A DNA stretch of 63,797 nt, the filler included, from Octopus bimaculoides (taxonomy: Eukaryota), in assembly GCF_001194135.2 (NCBI RefSeq). It is 6 parts of 6 records of this genome, joined end to end, with 100 filler letters (N's around TTAATTAATTAA, not from the genome) between each part and the next. Parts side by side here need not be neighbours in the genome. Positions count along the whole stretch, not along the records: positions 51,958 to 55,750 come from NC_068982.1; positions 55,851 to 63,797 come from NC_069000.1; 4 more parts are not named here. One strand, written 5' to 3'. A program made the translations under genes and the position numbers. How positions within the stretch are numbered: the stretch's first letter is position 1; the number at the start of each line of letters is the position of its first letter. The notes under the pieces are model-generated. The model was not told the origin of the DNA and made no database searches. It saw only the letters and a list, made by a program, of their open reading frames with translations. Positions 52,641 to 63,797 of this stretch are shown here, piece by piece.

Positions 52641-55112
52641 AACATTGAAGTTTATACCCGTATATATTTTCTATCACCGATACCGTTGTATTATTTTGGT
52701 CGTCTGAAATTACCCGTATAACCTGGACATGTGTTTGTATCTGAACTGGGTCTAGTAATCAATTTGGAGTAGGAATTTCAGGTTTAACACGCAGCAACAC
52801 TTTAATAATCCTCACTCATGTTTAAGCTTATTGAGTTATTTACTGGAAAATATTTTGGTAATATGTCTTATTAATTTTTGCCGGGCAATATTTTTAACAC
52901 TACAACTTGTATTTTCCAATAGCTATGCCATATATTTCAGAGCTAATGCCATATACATATTACCTCGAAACGCATTTCGCTTTTCTGCACGAAATAATCA
53001 TGCTTTATTTATTATAGTTCTTCTCTATTCTTTCTTTGGTTCTTCATCCTGTCTTTTATCTAGAAATTTAGCCCGTTTAACGCATCAATGAAAGTGAAAA
53101 AAGAATATTAGGCAACAAGTACGCTGACAATTCCGATCTGGAATATTTGCACTCGCTTGAAGGGAGTTTTATACAATCCATAATTTGGATATAGCTATTT
53201 GTGTGCTTCAGAAATTATAGATTGTGAGAAAGTTATAGTTTTTTTAAAAAATAGAAGTATTACTTGCGATTTATGCAATGCAATCATGTTTGTTATTCTT
53301 GATAAATTTGGGAAATATATGGAATTATTTATGAACAAATATAGAAATTTGATTTTTACACCTGCTGACTGAATATTATGAAAGTAGTAATTTGTATGAG
53401 GTGAACTAAGATTTTGTTGATGTAACAAGATGAACAAAACAATTTGCTGATTTATCATGACAACTCATAAAAGCAATTAGAACTATCGTAAAAATCTATT
53501 TTGGTGGGCAACTTAGTTTTTATTACACATTGTTCTTACTAAAGATTTATGATATGTTTTATTGCTTTTTACAAGTAACGAATAAACTTTGTTGCACAGT
53601 ATTTGTAAAATTCATACAAATCTCCACAATTGAATTATAACTGAATAAAGAAAATGATTGGTCATTATCCAAGAAATAATATATAACCCTGCATATTACA
53701 CATCGATCTCATATATAAATGCTAATGAAGAGAATGTTGCTGACATTTGAGATGAAATGATTTAGGACAAGATTTAGAAATCTTAAGAGTATTGAGTTAA
53801 ACTCAAAGAGATATATGTCATGTGACAAGATAGAGAATGGTATAACGGTCGTAGCAAACTTACCAGAGAAATATTAAATGAATTGAATGAGTGTTGTTGG
53901 AGCGTGGATCGTAAGAGCGAAGAATTTCTTTCGAAAAACTGTGAGCACCATGCGAAAGAGATACAATTTAGAAAGCAAGACTGAGAAAGGAGAGTTATGT
54001 AGTATATCCAAAGTTTGTTGATGGATTCAATCGATGTTAATGTTAGGCTAGTGGTCAACAAATGAAGGAATGTAGGGCGAGGAAAATATATGCAAGGGAT
54101 TTATTGGACATGCGAGCATATACAACCAGAGGCGCTGGAAGAAACATAAGGTGTATGTGGGGACTTTGCGCATAAAAGTTACATCAGAAAGAATATAGTT
54201 GAAAAATGCAGATCAATTCCTTTCATGTACCTCTAATAGGGACCGCTTGTGGTCGAAAAGTCTATGAAGGATATTTGATATTTCTAGAAAGAAGTACGTA
54301 TTGTTAACAAAATCATGAGACTGTAAAAACCTTATAATTGTATGGCAAAGAAGCCCTAGATTTAATGTTTTTTTGTTCTAAAAAAATTATTACCGCGATT
54401 AATACAAAAACTATTTCAACTTCATTGCTGCTTCTTGATTTTCAATGAGTTCATCTGTTGTAGGATAATGCATAAATTTGGTGCGATAGTGCTCAAACAT
54501 TGCAAACAAATAGAACATATAATATGAATCCAGTAATATGAAACAAAACAACGAAAACATAAAAACCGCTTAGCGAAAGGTGGTTTCCAGTATTTTTAGT
54601 GGTCGAATAAAAGGCCGGCAAGGTTCAAAGTACTATCTGAAATTCAAGAGTGCAACTTATATTACTTTGCGCATGCACGTAAAATATAACTCATTAAAAC
54701 GAATTCAATGCCTATTAAATACTCAGAACTCTAATATAAACTGAATGAGCATTCTACAAAATTTGTTTACAAGAATTCCAAATAGAATGCTGAAAAGAAT
54801 TTTCCATAGATAGTCATAAGTAATATTTACATTGTCAATTGTTTCATAAGTCCATTTACTTGGATTCTATCATATGATTTTTTTTTTTTACCCAGTTCAT
54901 AATTAAATAATGAAATCAGTATTTCAGAGATCTAAAATTACTTATTGTGTGAGAATCACCCATTCATATGAATATTTANNNNNNNNNNNNNNNNNNNNNN
55001 NNNNNNNNNNNNNNNNNNNNNNNNNNNNNNNNNNNNNNNNNNNNNNNNNNNNNNNNNNNNNNNNNNNNNNNNNNNNNNNNNNNNNNNNNNNNNNNNNNNN
55101 NNNNNNNNNNNN

Positions 55113-55149
<37 letters not shown>

Positions 55150-55153
<4 letters not shown>

Positions 55154-55725
55154 ATCCAAACTGCATTCTATCCTGAACATCAACTGGGAAGATCGCATCA
55201 TCAACAACTCTGTACTTGAAAGATCAGGTCTCCTGAGCATCGAAGCCTTGACCAATAAACATCGTCTCCGATGGTCAGGTCACGTCCGTCGGATTAATGA
55301 ACACCGCTTTCCCAAGATCTGTCTCTACGGTGAACTTCCTGAAGGAAAACATCCTCGTGGAGCCCCCTTAAGGCGGTACAAGGACCAACTCAAATCAACC
55401 TTGAAAAGGTCCAACATCAACCCCGCAGACTCGGAGGATATCTCGGCATACAGACCCCTCTGTAGACACACCATCAAAACGGGTTCAGGGGACTTCGAGA
55501 AAGCCCGAGTCGCAAGAGCTGAACTCAAGAGACGGGAGAGAAAGCAGCGCCTTCTCCTTCCCATACCAACCCCTTCTATCCCTTGTCCACAATGTCCCCG
55601 TATGTTTCATGCAAGCCTTGGATTGCGGAGCCATCTGCGGTTCAAATACCCGGGAAAATGAACTGGATTGCAAGCTCGGAAACACGAGACGCAGCCAACT
55701 ACTACTACTACTACTACTACTACTA
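55150..55725 (+). mobile_element. RTE (BovB-like) LINE 3' end with C-terminal zinc-finger-like motif and (CTA)n tail
   Basis: INWEDRI..HRLRWSGHVRRINEHRFPKICLYGELPEGKHPRGAPLRRYKDQLKSTLK...CPQCPRMFHASLGLRSHLR. Confidence 0.9.
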
Positions 55726-55876
55726 TATACATACATACATACATATATATNNNNNNNNNNNNNNNNNNNNNNNNNNNNNNNNNNNNNNNNNNNNTTAATT
55801 AATTAANNNNNNNNNNNNNNNNNNNNNNNNNNNNNNNNNNNNNNNNNNNNATATATATGTATATATATACATGTAT

Positions 55877-56039
55877 ACGACGGGCTTCTTTCAGTTTCCG
55901 TCTACCAAATCCACTCACAAGGCTTTGGTCGGCCCGAGGCTATAGTAGAAGACACTTGCTCAAGGTGCCATGCAGTGGGAATGAACCCGGAACCATGTGG
56001 TTGGTAAGCAAGCTACTTACCACACAGCACTCCTGCGCC
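55877..56039 (-). mobile_element. SINE family A, 5' half
   Basis: Reverse complement of 35311-35473 with few differences. Confidence 0.88.
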
Positions 56040-57449
56040 TATATATATATATATAGGAAAACATGGATTAAAAATAGTGATCAAGTTAGTAATGGAAGCT
56101 ATGTAACTTTAATGTAAATTGCGACTTATAATTTTTTCCCAGCACTTCATCTCAATCAAGCCACGAGCCAACGAAGGGGTCTCTAAGCAGTCCACCAAAC
56201 AGTTAGAAATAATAGCCAACACTCCAGCAAATTGTACCTTTTAATACACAGATAACTGTATATCACCATTTTTGTCCTTGGTTGCCAACTGTTATTTCGT
56301 TTTTGCTTATCCCTAGAAAGTCTGAACAATGGCTAATATTTCCTTCAGACTTAGCTTCTTTTACTTTTATTCAAACTCCAAAGAATCCCTCTCAACACAT
56401 GGCTATGATGCTCCCTCACTAGTCCTCTTCATGATCAGAGATGCACTTATTGTCTGCCACTAAGGGACATGCTCATGTGGTTAACGTCAAGAAACTGGCT
56501 AGCAAATCTGTGGAATTGAGCAGACTATTTGCTATAACGATATTTCTGCTTCAGCAAATAATTCAGCGCTGAATCTGTCTCAAATATAATGGAAAATTGG
56601 TCAGTTTCAAAACATTGACGTCCAGATCAGAAAAGCAAAGTTTGAAGGAAATACTAGTAATTTCTTTTGATTTCTAGCTAGAAGCAAGTAGGAAATAACA
56701 CTTACTGACCAAAGACAAAATAAATAACTAAAAACTTGTTACACAGTGTAATTACATTTATATTCATAAAGAAAGTAGATCGTCCTGAAAATATGCTTCA
56801 TTTTATAATTTTGTTTATCTATGAATACGGTTTTTATGGATGTCTTTCGACCAATGTCCTTTTTACCAATATGACTTTCATATTTTGACGGCGCTTCCAT
56901 CTTCAGATGTTAAGGCCCGGCGTGTAGGAGAGAGGTTATAACCCACCACCAATTAGAGCCTGGCGAGACCCTGTGAAGCAAAGCGATTTATTGACGCGAG
57001 ACCCTGGATAACCCTATAAACCGACCATAACTAACTACCTCTCTCTCTCTTTCTCTCTTTATATATATATATATATATAAAAATACACACACATACATAT
57101 ATATGTGTGTTGTGTATAAATGTGTGTGTGTGTATGTATATATGTGTGTCTGTGTGAGTTTGTACGTATGTATGTAAGTATGTATGTATGCATCTATCTA
57201 TCTATCTATCTGTCTGTATACATATATATATATATATATATAAGGTTGAGGAGGGTATTGGATTTAACCAAACCCAGGAGGATACAGGTAATACCGAGTA
57301 AGTGCTGTATACCGACTGGTTTGCCCCAGTCGTTGTATGAACAGGATTGGGTATTATAAGTCGTGTATTAGCGTGTGTATATGTAAATATATAAAAACAA
57401 AAAGATAAAGGGAGCAAAGGTAAGGTTGGAGAAGTATTTTATGGATAGA

Positions 57450-57498
57450 GTCTTACAGCTGTTTCTGGGAAGATCCAGTATTTCCCTTCATCGGAGAC
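57450..57498 (-). ncRNA. Minimal hammerhead motif with palindromic stem-III loop (PLE pLTR type), core point mutation
   Basis: Minus strand: GTCT-CCGATGA-aGGGAA..TTCCCa-GAAAC-AGCT-GTA-AGAC. Stem I is 4 bp, stem II is 5 bp, and U4 is changed to C. Confidence 0.55.
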
Positions 57499-58202
57499 AG
57501 AAAAAATAAAGTAATCTATTATTATATCCATAGGCGGATANNNNNNNNNNNNNNNNNNNNNNNNNNNNNNNNNNNNNNNNNNNNNNNNNNNNNNNNNNNN
57601 NNNNNNNNNNNNNNNNNNNNNNNNNNNNNNNNNNNNNNNNNNNNNNNNNNNNNNNNNNNNNNNNNNNNNNNNNNNNNNNNNNNNNNNNNNNNNNNNNNNN
57701 NNNNNNNNNNNNNNNNNNNNNNNNNNNNNNNNNNNNNNNNNNNNNNNNNNNNNNNNNNNNNNNNNNNNNNNNNNNNNNNNNNNNNNNNNNNNNNNNNNNN
57801 NNNNNNNNNNNNNNNNNNNNNNNNNNNNNNNNNNNNNNNNNNNNNNNNNNNNNNNNNNNNNNNNNNNNNNNNNNNNNNNNNNNNNNNNNNNNNNNNNNNN
57901 NNNNNNNNNNNNNNNNNNNNNNNATGAGAAAATGTGTTGACAAAAGAATAAACGATTATCTTATGAAGTTCGAAAGATGATCGTTTAATCCTTTATCTCA
58001 TTTTCTTATAATAGTAAGGACGAATATAGGGTGATCATGGAAAAAAATTATTTGTCCTATGAACAAAGAATTTGAATCTTGAAATCCTAATTGTCCTTAC
58101 TGAATTGCCTAAGATTTAAAGTTTATGTGTATCCGTTAGTATCTGTTTTGATGTGAAACATTTTCAATACACATGTTAGAGATTGTAGTTTTTATTTAAA
58201 AA

Positions 58203-58303
58203 GGCGGCGAGCTGGCAGAATCGCTAACACGCCGGACAAAATGCTTGGTAGCATTTTGTCCGTCTTTGTATAATTTTTAGTTCAAATTCTGCCAATTTTG
58301 ACT
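58203..58303 (+). mobile_element. SINE family B head
   Basis: ggcggcgagctggcagaatcgctaacacgccgg...agttcaaattctgcc. Confidence 0.8.
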
Positions 58304-58907
58304 TAACAGAATGCATCAGCGCTGTCTATACCGGTTTATTCTGGCTTAAGCCTTATTGTAGTCTAAGTCAACCGATATTTGTTAATTATGACTTAATCGT
58401 TTAGAAAGAAGTCACTTGTTGAACTGTTCATTCTCACGAAGGAGAAATGGGACAGTATTGATGCTGAGTCATTGTTGAGAGAGAGAGAGAGAGGGGGGGG
58501 AAAGGGGGGGAAGTGAGAGAGAGGAAGTCTTACACTACGAATTACATGATATGTGGAGGCAGCTGTGTCATGTGGTTCAGAGATTGTGTGCAGCATGCTC
58601 GTAAAGAATAGACATCGTTGTAATAGTCATAGAAAGGGCAAAGATAAGAAACATTGCATGCGTGTGGTTATTGGTTGCAGTGCGTTATTGAGCCTTTGAC
58701 AATCAGCTTGAAGCCTTTCTGTAGGATACGCTATATAATATTTGTAATTGACATATTCCAGAGTAATGCTCTGGAATAAGACACGTTTACTATTNNNNNN
58801 NNNNNNNNNNNNNNNNNNNNNNNNNNNNNNNNNNNNNNNNNNNNNNNNNNNNNNNNNNNNNNNNNNNNNNNNNNNNNNNNNNNNNNNNNNNNNNNNNNNN
58901 NNNNNNN

Positions 58908-58938
<31 letters not shown>

Positions 58939-60119
58939 TGGAATATCACCCAAAAAGGACTGCTTATAATGTACTAGGTAAAGTGCGTTCGACCACTGCC
59001 AGAAATAAGTATTTGTGAGTGCATTCTCAGTTTGTGTATATGTACACACACACACATGTATGTTTGTATGTATGTATGCATGTATGTATGTACGTACATA
59101 TAGGTTATTTCAAGTGGTGCACTAATATTATCTATTATGAAAAAGTAGGCAGTCAAAATGTTAGATAGTTACTTATTTGGCACTTTCATCTCGTTTCAGA
59201 AATTCATTAAGAATGACTTTTGGTACAGGAAAATTTATAACTTTCATGTACATATATGTATGAGTTAGTCGAAAAAATCTGGAATTGAATTGGGAAGAGA
59301 ATGGTGTTTGTTTTTTTGAATGTAAGTGTAAAGAGAATATTTCTTTTTTCATTTTGCTTTTCAACAGGGAAGCTTCTAAAGTGCACTAGGCTATTTCACA
59401 CAGAGAAGCAAATAAGGTCTGTTATTTTTGTGAAATAATTATATTTTTCCTGTTTCTGGTTACATTTCAGCTTCACATGACTTCTCCCTCAAAAATGTTT
59501 CATTAAATCTTCTTTAAACAACTTCATGATCCGACTCTCCGACAGGTCACCAACTCAGTTCACATACGTGAAGCTAGACGTTCTACAGAAAGAATAAGCA
59601 GACTAACAACAACCATTAGATATAGAGAATAATTTCCATATCATACTAATAACAACAGTATAATTTTAACAATATCTTGACCTCAGTTACGATACAATAT
59701 ACCAAGAAAACATAACATGGAATAATATAAATTAACCAGTGTTGCGTGCGTGCGTTTTATGTGTATGTTGGCATAAATACCATATGATACCTATGTATCA
59801 GTTGTCATATATATATGTGTGCGCGCGCGCGTGTATGTGTGTGTGTGTGTGTGTGCGTGTGTATTAAGAAAAGGGAAGTATGAGAATTTTGTATAATTAT
59901 TTATTCAACGCTTTCATCCGTTTCAGAGATCAGGAATGATATATTTACAGAAAATTCATACATTTCTATATATATTAGTTGAAAAAAATCTGGAGTTGAA
60001 TTGTGAAGAGAAATGATTTTTGTTGTTTTGAATCTATATATGCGCGTGTTTGTGTATATATGCGCGTGTTTGTGTATATATGTGTGTGTGGATGTATGAT
60101 TGTGTATGTGTGTGTATGG

Positions 60120-60260
60120 TGAATGTTTGGAAGCTTGCTTAAGTGATTTTTGAAACGTTCGTTTATCTTCTCTCTATGTTTTTCTAGCCAGTGTTTGATT
60201 AATTCCAGTCCCAAAGTGTGATTCATATTCAAACTATCTATAAACTTTAAACAATCTATA
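60120..60260 (-). mobile_element. Short Penelope RT fragment
   Basis: HTLGLELIKHWLEKHREKINERF resembles the PLE RT segment also seen at 36000 and 62170. Confidence 0.55.
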
Positions 60261-61249
60261 CATATTTATTCGGATGTACCAGACATAAGAATGAATGGAT
60301 TACAATGAAACTCACAACTATGGGGTATCAGAAACGTGGAAGAATTCACAGAAAGAACCAGTAAGTTGAATCTACTTATCTCAAAACTCGACACAATTTT
60401 TTCCATTATAAATAAAGTTGTGAATGACATTTAGGCTCAAGGAACTCTTTTTAAAACATTTTAGCAATAAGAACCAATGATGCAGATTCTACCAATGGAC
60501 TACCCCTATCTCAATGCTAACATGCATAATAGAAATGCATTTGATGTGATGACAGAGCCAACACTTACCAAAATTGGCGAAACGAAGAAAATCCAATCCT
60601 CCCCAGAAAATTCCTCGTTAGAGAAATAAAGGGTGAAAAGCTAGAAGAGACAACAATATGTGCATTATGCTGTCTGTAAACAGAAATGTCCCTTCTCCAT
60701 TCTTTGTTGGTTCATTAATTACGACAAACTATGGAGAAAAATCCATTATGAAAAAAAAAACGACAATGGAAAGATATAAAAAATTCAAAAAAATGGAAAT
60801 CGGTCCCCGAGGAACCAAATAAAGGTATCAGGCTCCCAGTCATTTAAAGGCATATCTGGAGATGGTCTCAAGATCATCCCAAATGCAAACTAGATACCTA
60901 TACGCCACAATGCCAAAACATAGCTCTACCACAAGAAAATTCACGAGATATAGAAGACAACTACCAATCCATAATACCAAATATCCTAGATGGGCAAATA
61001 CATGGGGAGAAAGACAAGGAAAAAAATCAAAGTCAATGTAAATAGACATCATGAAGGCTTAAGAAATCCACGGTTAACGACCAAGCATATAAGAGGATGA
61101 GAAGAGGACAGATACTATATGCAGCGTAATAGAGAACATGGAATGTTTTCTCACCCACGAAGAAACAACAAGAACTCTAGAAACTGGTAACAGATTCGCA
61201 GTGCTATAACTCTATTTTTTTAGGGAGAACATACTACCACCGGGCCTCA

Positions 61250-63465
61250 GATCCGATGAAACAAAAAAAATTAAATAAACCTACAGAACATATAGACCCT
61301 CAAATTATAAATTCATCTAAAAGAAACCTCAACAAAAACAAAATAGATCTTTTATTGAAAGGTTTCAAATTTACCCTTACTCCTACTTCTAATCTCATAG
61401 AACTAAAAGCAGACGTTGAAAATTTTAGTCGCCACTTTCGCCTTATAGAATTCATCGGCAATAAGAATATAAATGATAAGTGAATTGTAGGAAATAAATC
61501 CTACTTCACCCCTTAGAAGGAGAGTGACAAGCATTTAGATAATATATATATATAGGCACAATTTCCAAATTACTTCTCAGTGCCCATAAATACAAACAAA
61601 ACGTTTGTAGAGAAGCAAAGGAAGCCTTATTAATTCTGAAGAATAACAACTCAGTCATCCTAAAAGAAGCGAATAAGAGTGATTATGGACAGGGACTGTT
61701 ATAAAGACAAAATATTGGAACATATAATAGACAAGGTTTACTGTAAGGAAGAAATAAGAAATCTAGAAAAAACAAGAATGAATAAAGTCAGAACATAAAT
61801 TGTCCAACACCCAGGCTTCTTCACAGATAATAAAATAGGCTACTTATGTTACTCTGAAATTAAAGACAGAAATTTCCACGGTTTACTCAAGATCCACGAG
61901 AGCTATAAGTGATCAGAAGAATCACTACATAAAAATACTAAGACCCACTGATCTCAAATTGAAACCAATGGTTGCTGGGCCACAATTTCCAAATTAGCGA
62001 TTAAGTCATCTTTTAGATATACTCATTGAACCCTTATGCCCATTAATACTCAGCTATTTCCGAAACAATATGAATTTTCTCAAATGCATCCCACTCAATG
62101 TCCCAGAAGGGACTATCCTTACAAGATTCGATGTTAATAACCTTTACACTAATATACCTTCTACTTTGAACCGGGAAGTAATCAAACACTGAGTAGAAAA
62201 ACAGAGTGAAGATAAACGAACATTTCAAAACGGATATCAATATCAAGAACACCTTTAACTTTGATAGTAAAGCATATCGACACATAAAGGGTATGATAGT
62301 GGGGACGAAATTTTTACCCTCATACGCTAACCTGGTCATGAGTTTTTGAAAAGAAAAGCTACGAGAGGAAGTACAAAACGCTTTTGACCCAAATATCAAG
62401 AAATATTTCATTTTAACGTGGATACGCTTCCTCTAAAACTGCTTTATTTTTGGGGGAAAAAATGATTATTAACAAATATTTAACAATATTCTGAACACCC
62501 CTCCCCGACATATCAAATTCTCGTCAGAGACCATTCATAATGACTTGCCTTTCCTAGACTTTTGCATAAAAATCCGCGACTCCACAGTAACAACGATATA
62601 TTTAAAAAACAAAATACTCACACGCAGTATTTGAAATTCTACTCTTGCTATCCCTCACACAACAAAAGCAACATTCCATATAGTATGACCAGACGTATCC
62701 GTGCAATAGGTTTTGATCCGAAAATACGTCAAATGCGACTCACTGAAATCAATGGCTTCCTAAAACAAATCCCAGAATTACTCCTTAAAACTAATAAATG
62801 CTGGAATTATAAAGGCGATGAAACTGGACATCATACAACTGAAGACACATAAGAAGAAAGCGAAAGAAAATACTACTCCATTTATCAGTACAGATAATCC
62901 ATGAGTAACCAACATTTTCAGCACTATAAAAATAAACCTTTTAGTACTCTTACAAAGCTCCAAAATGAAAAACTTGGTTGATGAAAACCTTATATGAAAC
63001 AGTAAATGTCAGCCAAAAAATCTTAGAAAACATCTCATTCGGGCAAAAATCACATCAGGGGATAATTCAGAATTCTCCGTGAAGGATTGTAGAGATAATA
63101 GATGTGGAATATGTGATGACAACAACTTCAAATATTTGGACACTGGTTTCCATAGAAAATTTAAAAGTGGATTCTCTTTCCAAGTAAATGCAGATATGAA
63201 CTGCAAGATACAAATTCTCATATACTGCATAACCTGCCCCAATTGCAAGGAAAATTATATTGGCGAAAACAACAATTCCCTTTGACAATGTGCAAGAATT
63301 CAAATACAACACATTAGACAGAAAGAACTACGAAAGTTTCCGCTCAGCAAGCATCTGGAAATATGTGGAAACAGCAGATTCAAAATCTTTCCTTTCTACA
63401 GACGCCTAATGGATAACGCAAAGTACCGAAAGGCAATCAAAAAATTCTTACCTAGACTAAACGTT
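61250..63465 (+). mobile_element. Penelope-like element (RT + GIY-YIG endonuclease), near full-length pseudogenised ORF
   Basis: LLLKGFKFTLTP...LKADVENFSRHFRLIEF; FHGLLKIH; FDVNNLYTN; KGMIVGTKFLPSYANLVM; LPFLD; YSCYPSHNKSNIPYSMTRRIR; CRDNRCGIC...LIYCITCPNCKENYIGE. Confidence 0.9.
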
Positions 63466-63589
63466 TTAAAAATCGAAAAATATGTATTTATGATCAAATG
63501 AGAAATCCTTATTAAAATGTTTTCATTACTGTTTCTGAAATAATTAGAAAAAATCGCTTAAGCCACCAACACGCAACACACACACGCTG

Positions 63590-63649
<60 letters not shown>

Positions 63650-63797
63650 ACACACACACACATACATACATATTTAATAACCTTCCAAAACAACTTTGAT
63701 AGAGTCTATTTTCTACTGCTGGATAACATGACAACTGACAAAAGAAAAAGGAAACAATATCTAAAAGAAAGTTAACCTCTTGAACTATCATCAGTTT

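Noticed and set aside
53860-53940. Possible 75-nt minus-strand exon (FFERNSSLLRSTLQQHSFNSFNISL)
   Set aside because: Splice signals are plausible, but there is no recognisable protein or partner exon.
56850-56915. CTGAAGA...GAAA on the minus strand as a hammerhead
   Set aside because: No stem II or stem I complementarity could be built.

Overview
AT-rich, microsatellite-dense, gapped eukaryotic (animal) genomic DNA. The SINE, Penelope and mariner repertoire looks like a coleoid cephalopod (Octopus-like), but this is inference from remembered repeat families, not a database result. The only host coding sequence I can support is two spliced + strand exons (17065-17160, 19418-19514) of an invertebrate-type lipoxygenase, including the HQxxxHL iron-ligand motif; the second exon's reading frame is not in the ORF track. 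The rest is mostly decayed mobile DNA: a near full-length R4/Dong-type RLE retrotransposon in (TAA)n, RTE and CR1-group LINEs, several Penelope-like elements (PLEs), DD34D mariner and DD37D maT transposons, three tRNA-derived SINE families and MITE-like elements. The most notable structures are (i) a PLE terminal module combining a GIY-YIG C-terminus, a tRNA-like Pol III head and a hammerhead ribozyme, with one inverted pair inserted with a 13-bp target-site duplication; (ii) further hammerhead motifs, one near-canonical and stand-alone; (iii) a foldback element with opposed telomere-like TTAGGG arrays; (iv) a LINE whose 3' tail matches a SINE tail; and (v) the Dong element sitting directly behind the lipoxygenase splice donor. 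TTAATTAATTAA spacers inside N runs look like artificial scaffold joins, so order and orientation across them are not guaranteed. No prokaryote-type system (CRISPR, operon) is present. Coordinates of decayed repeats are approximate.
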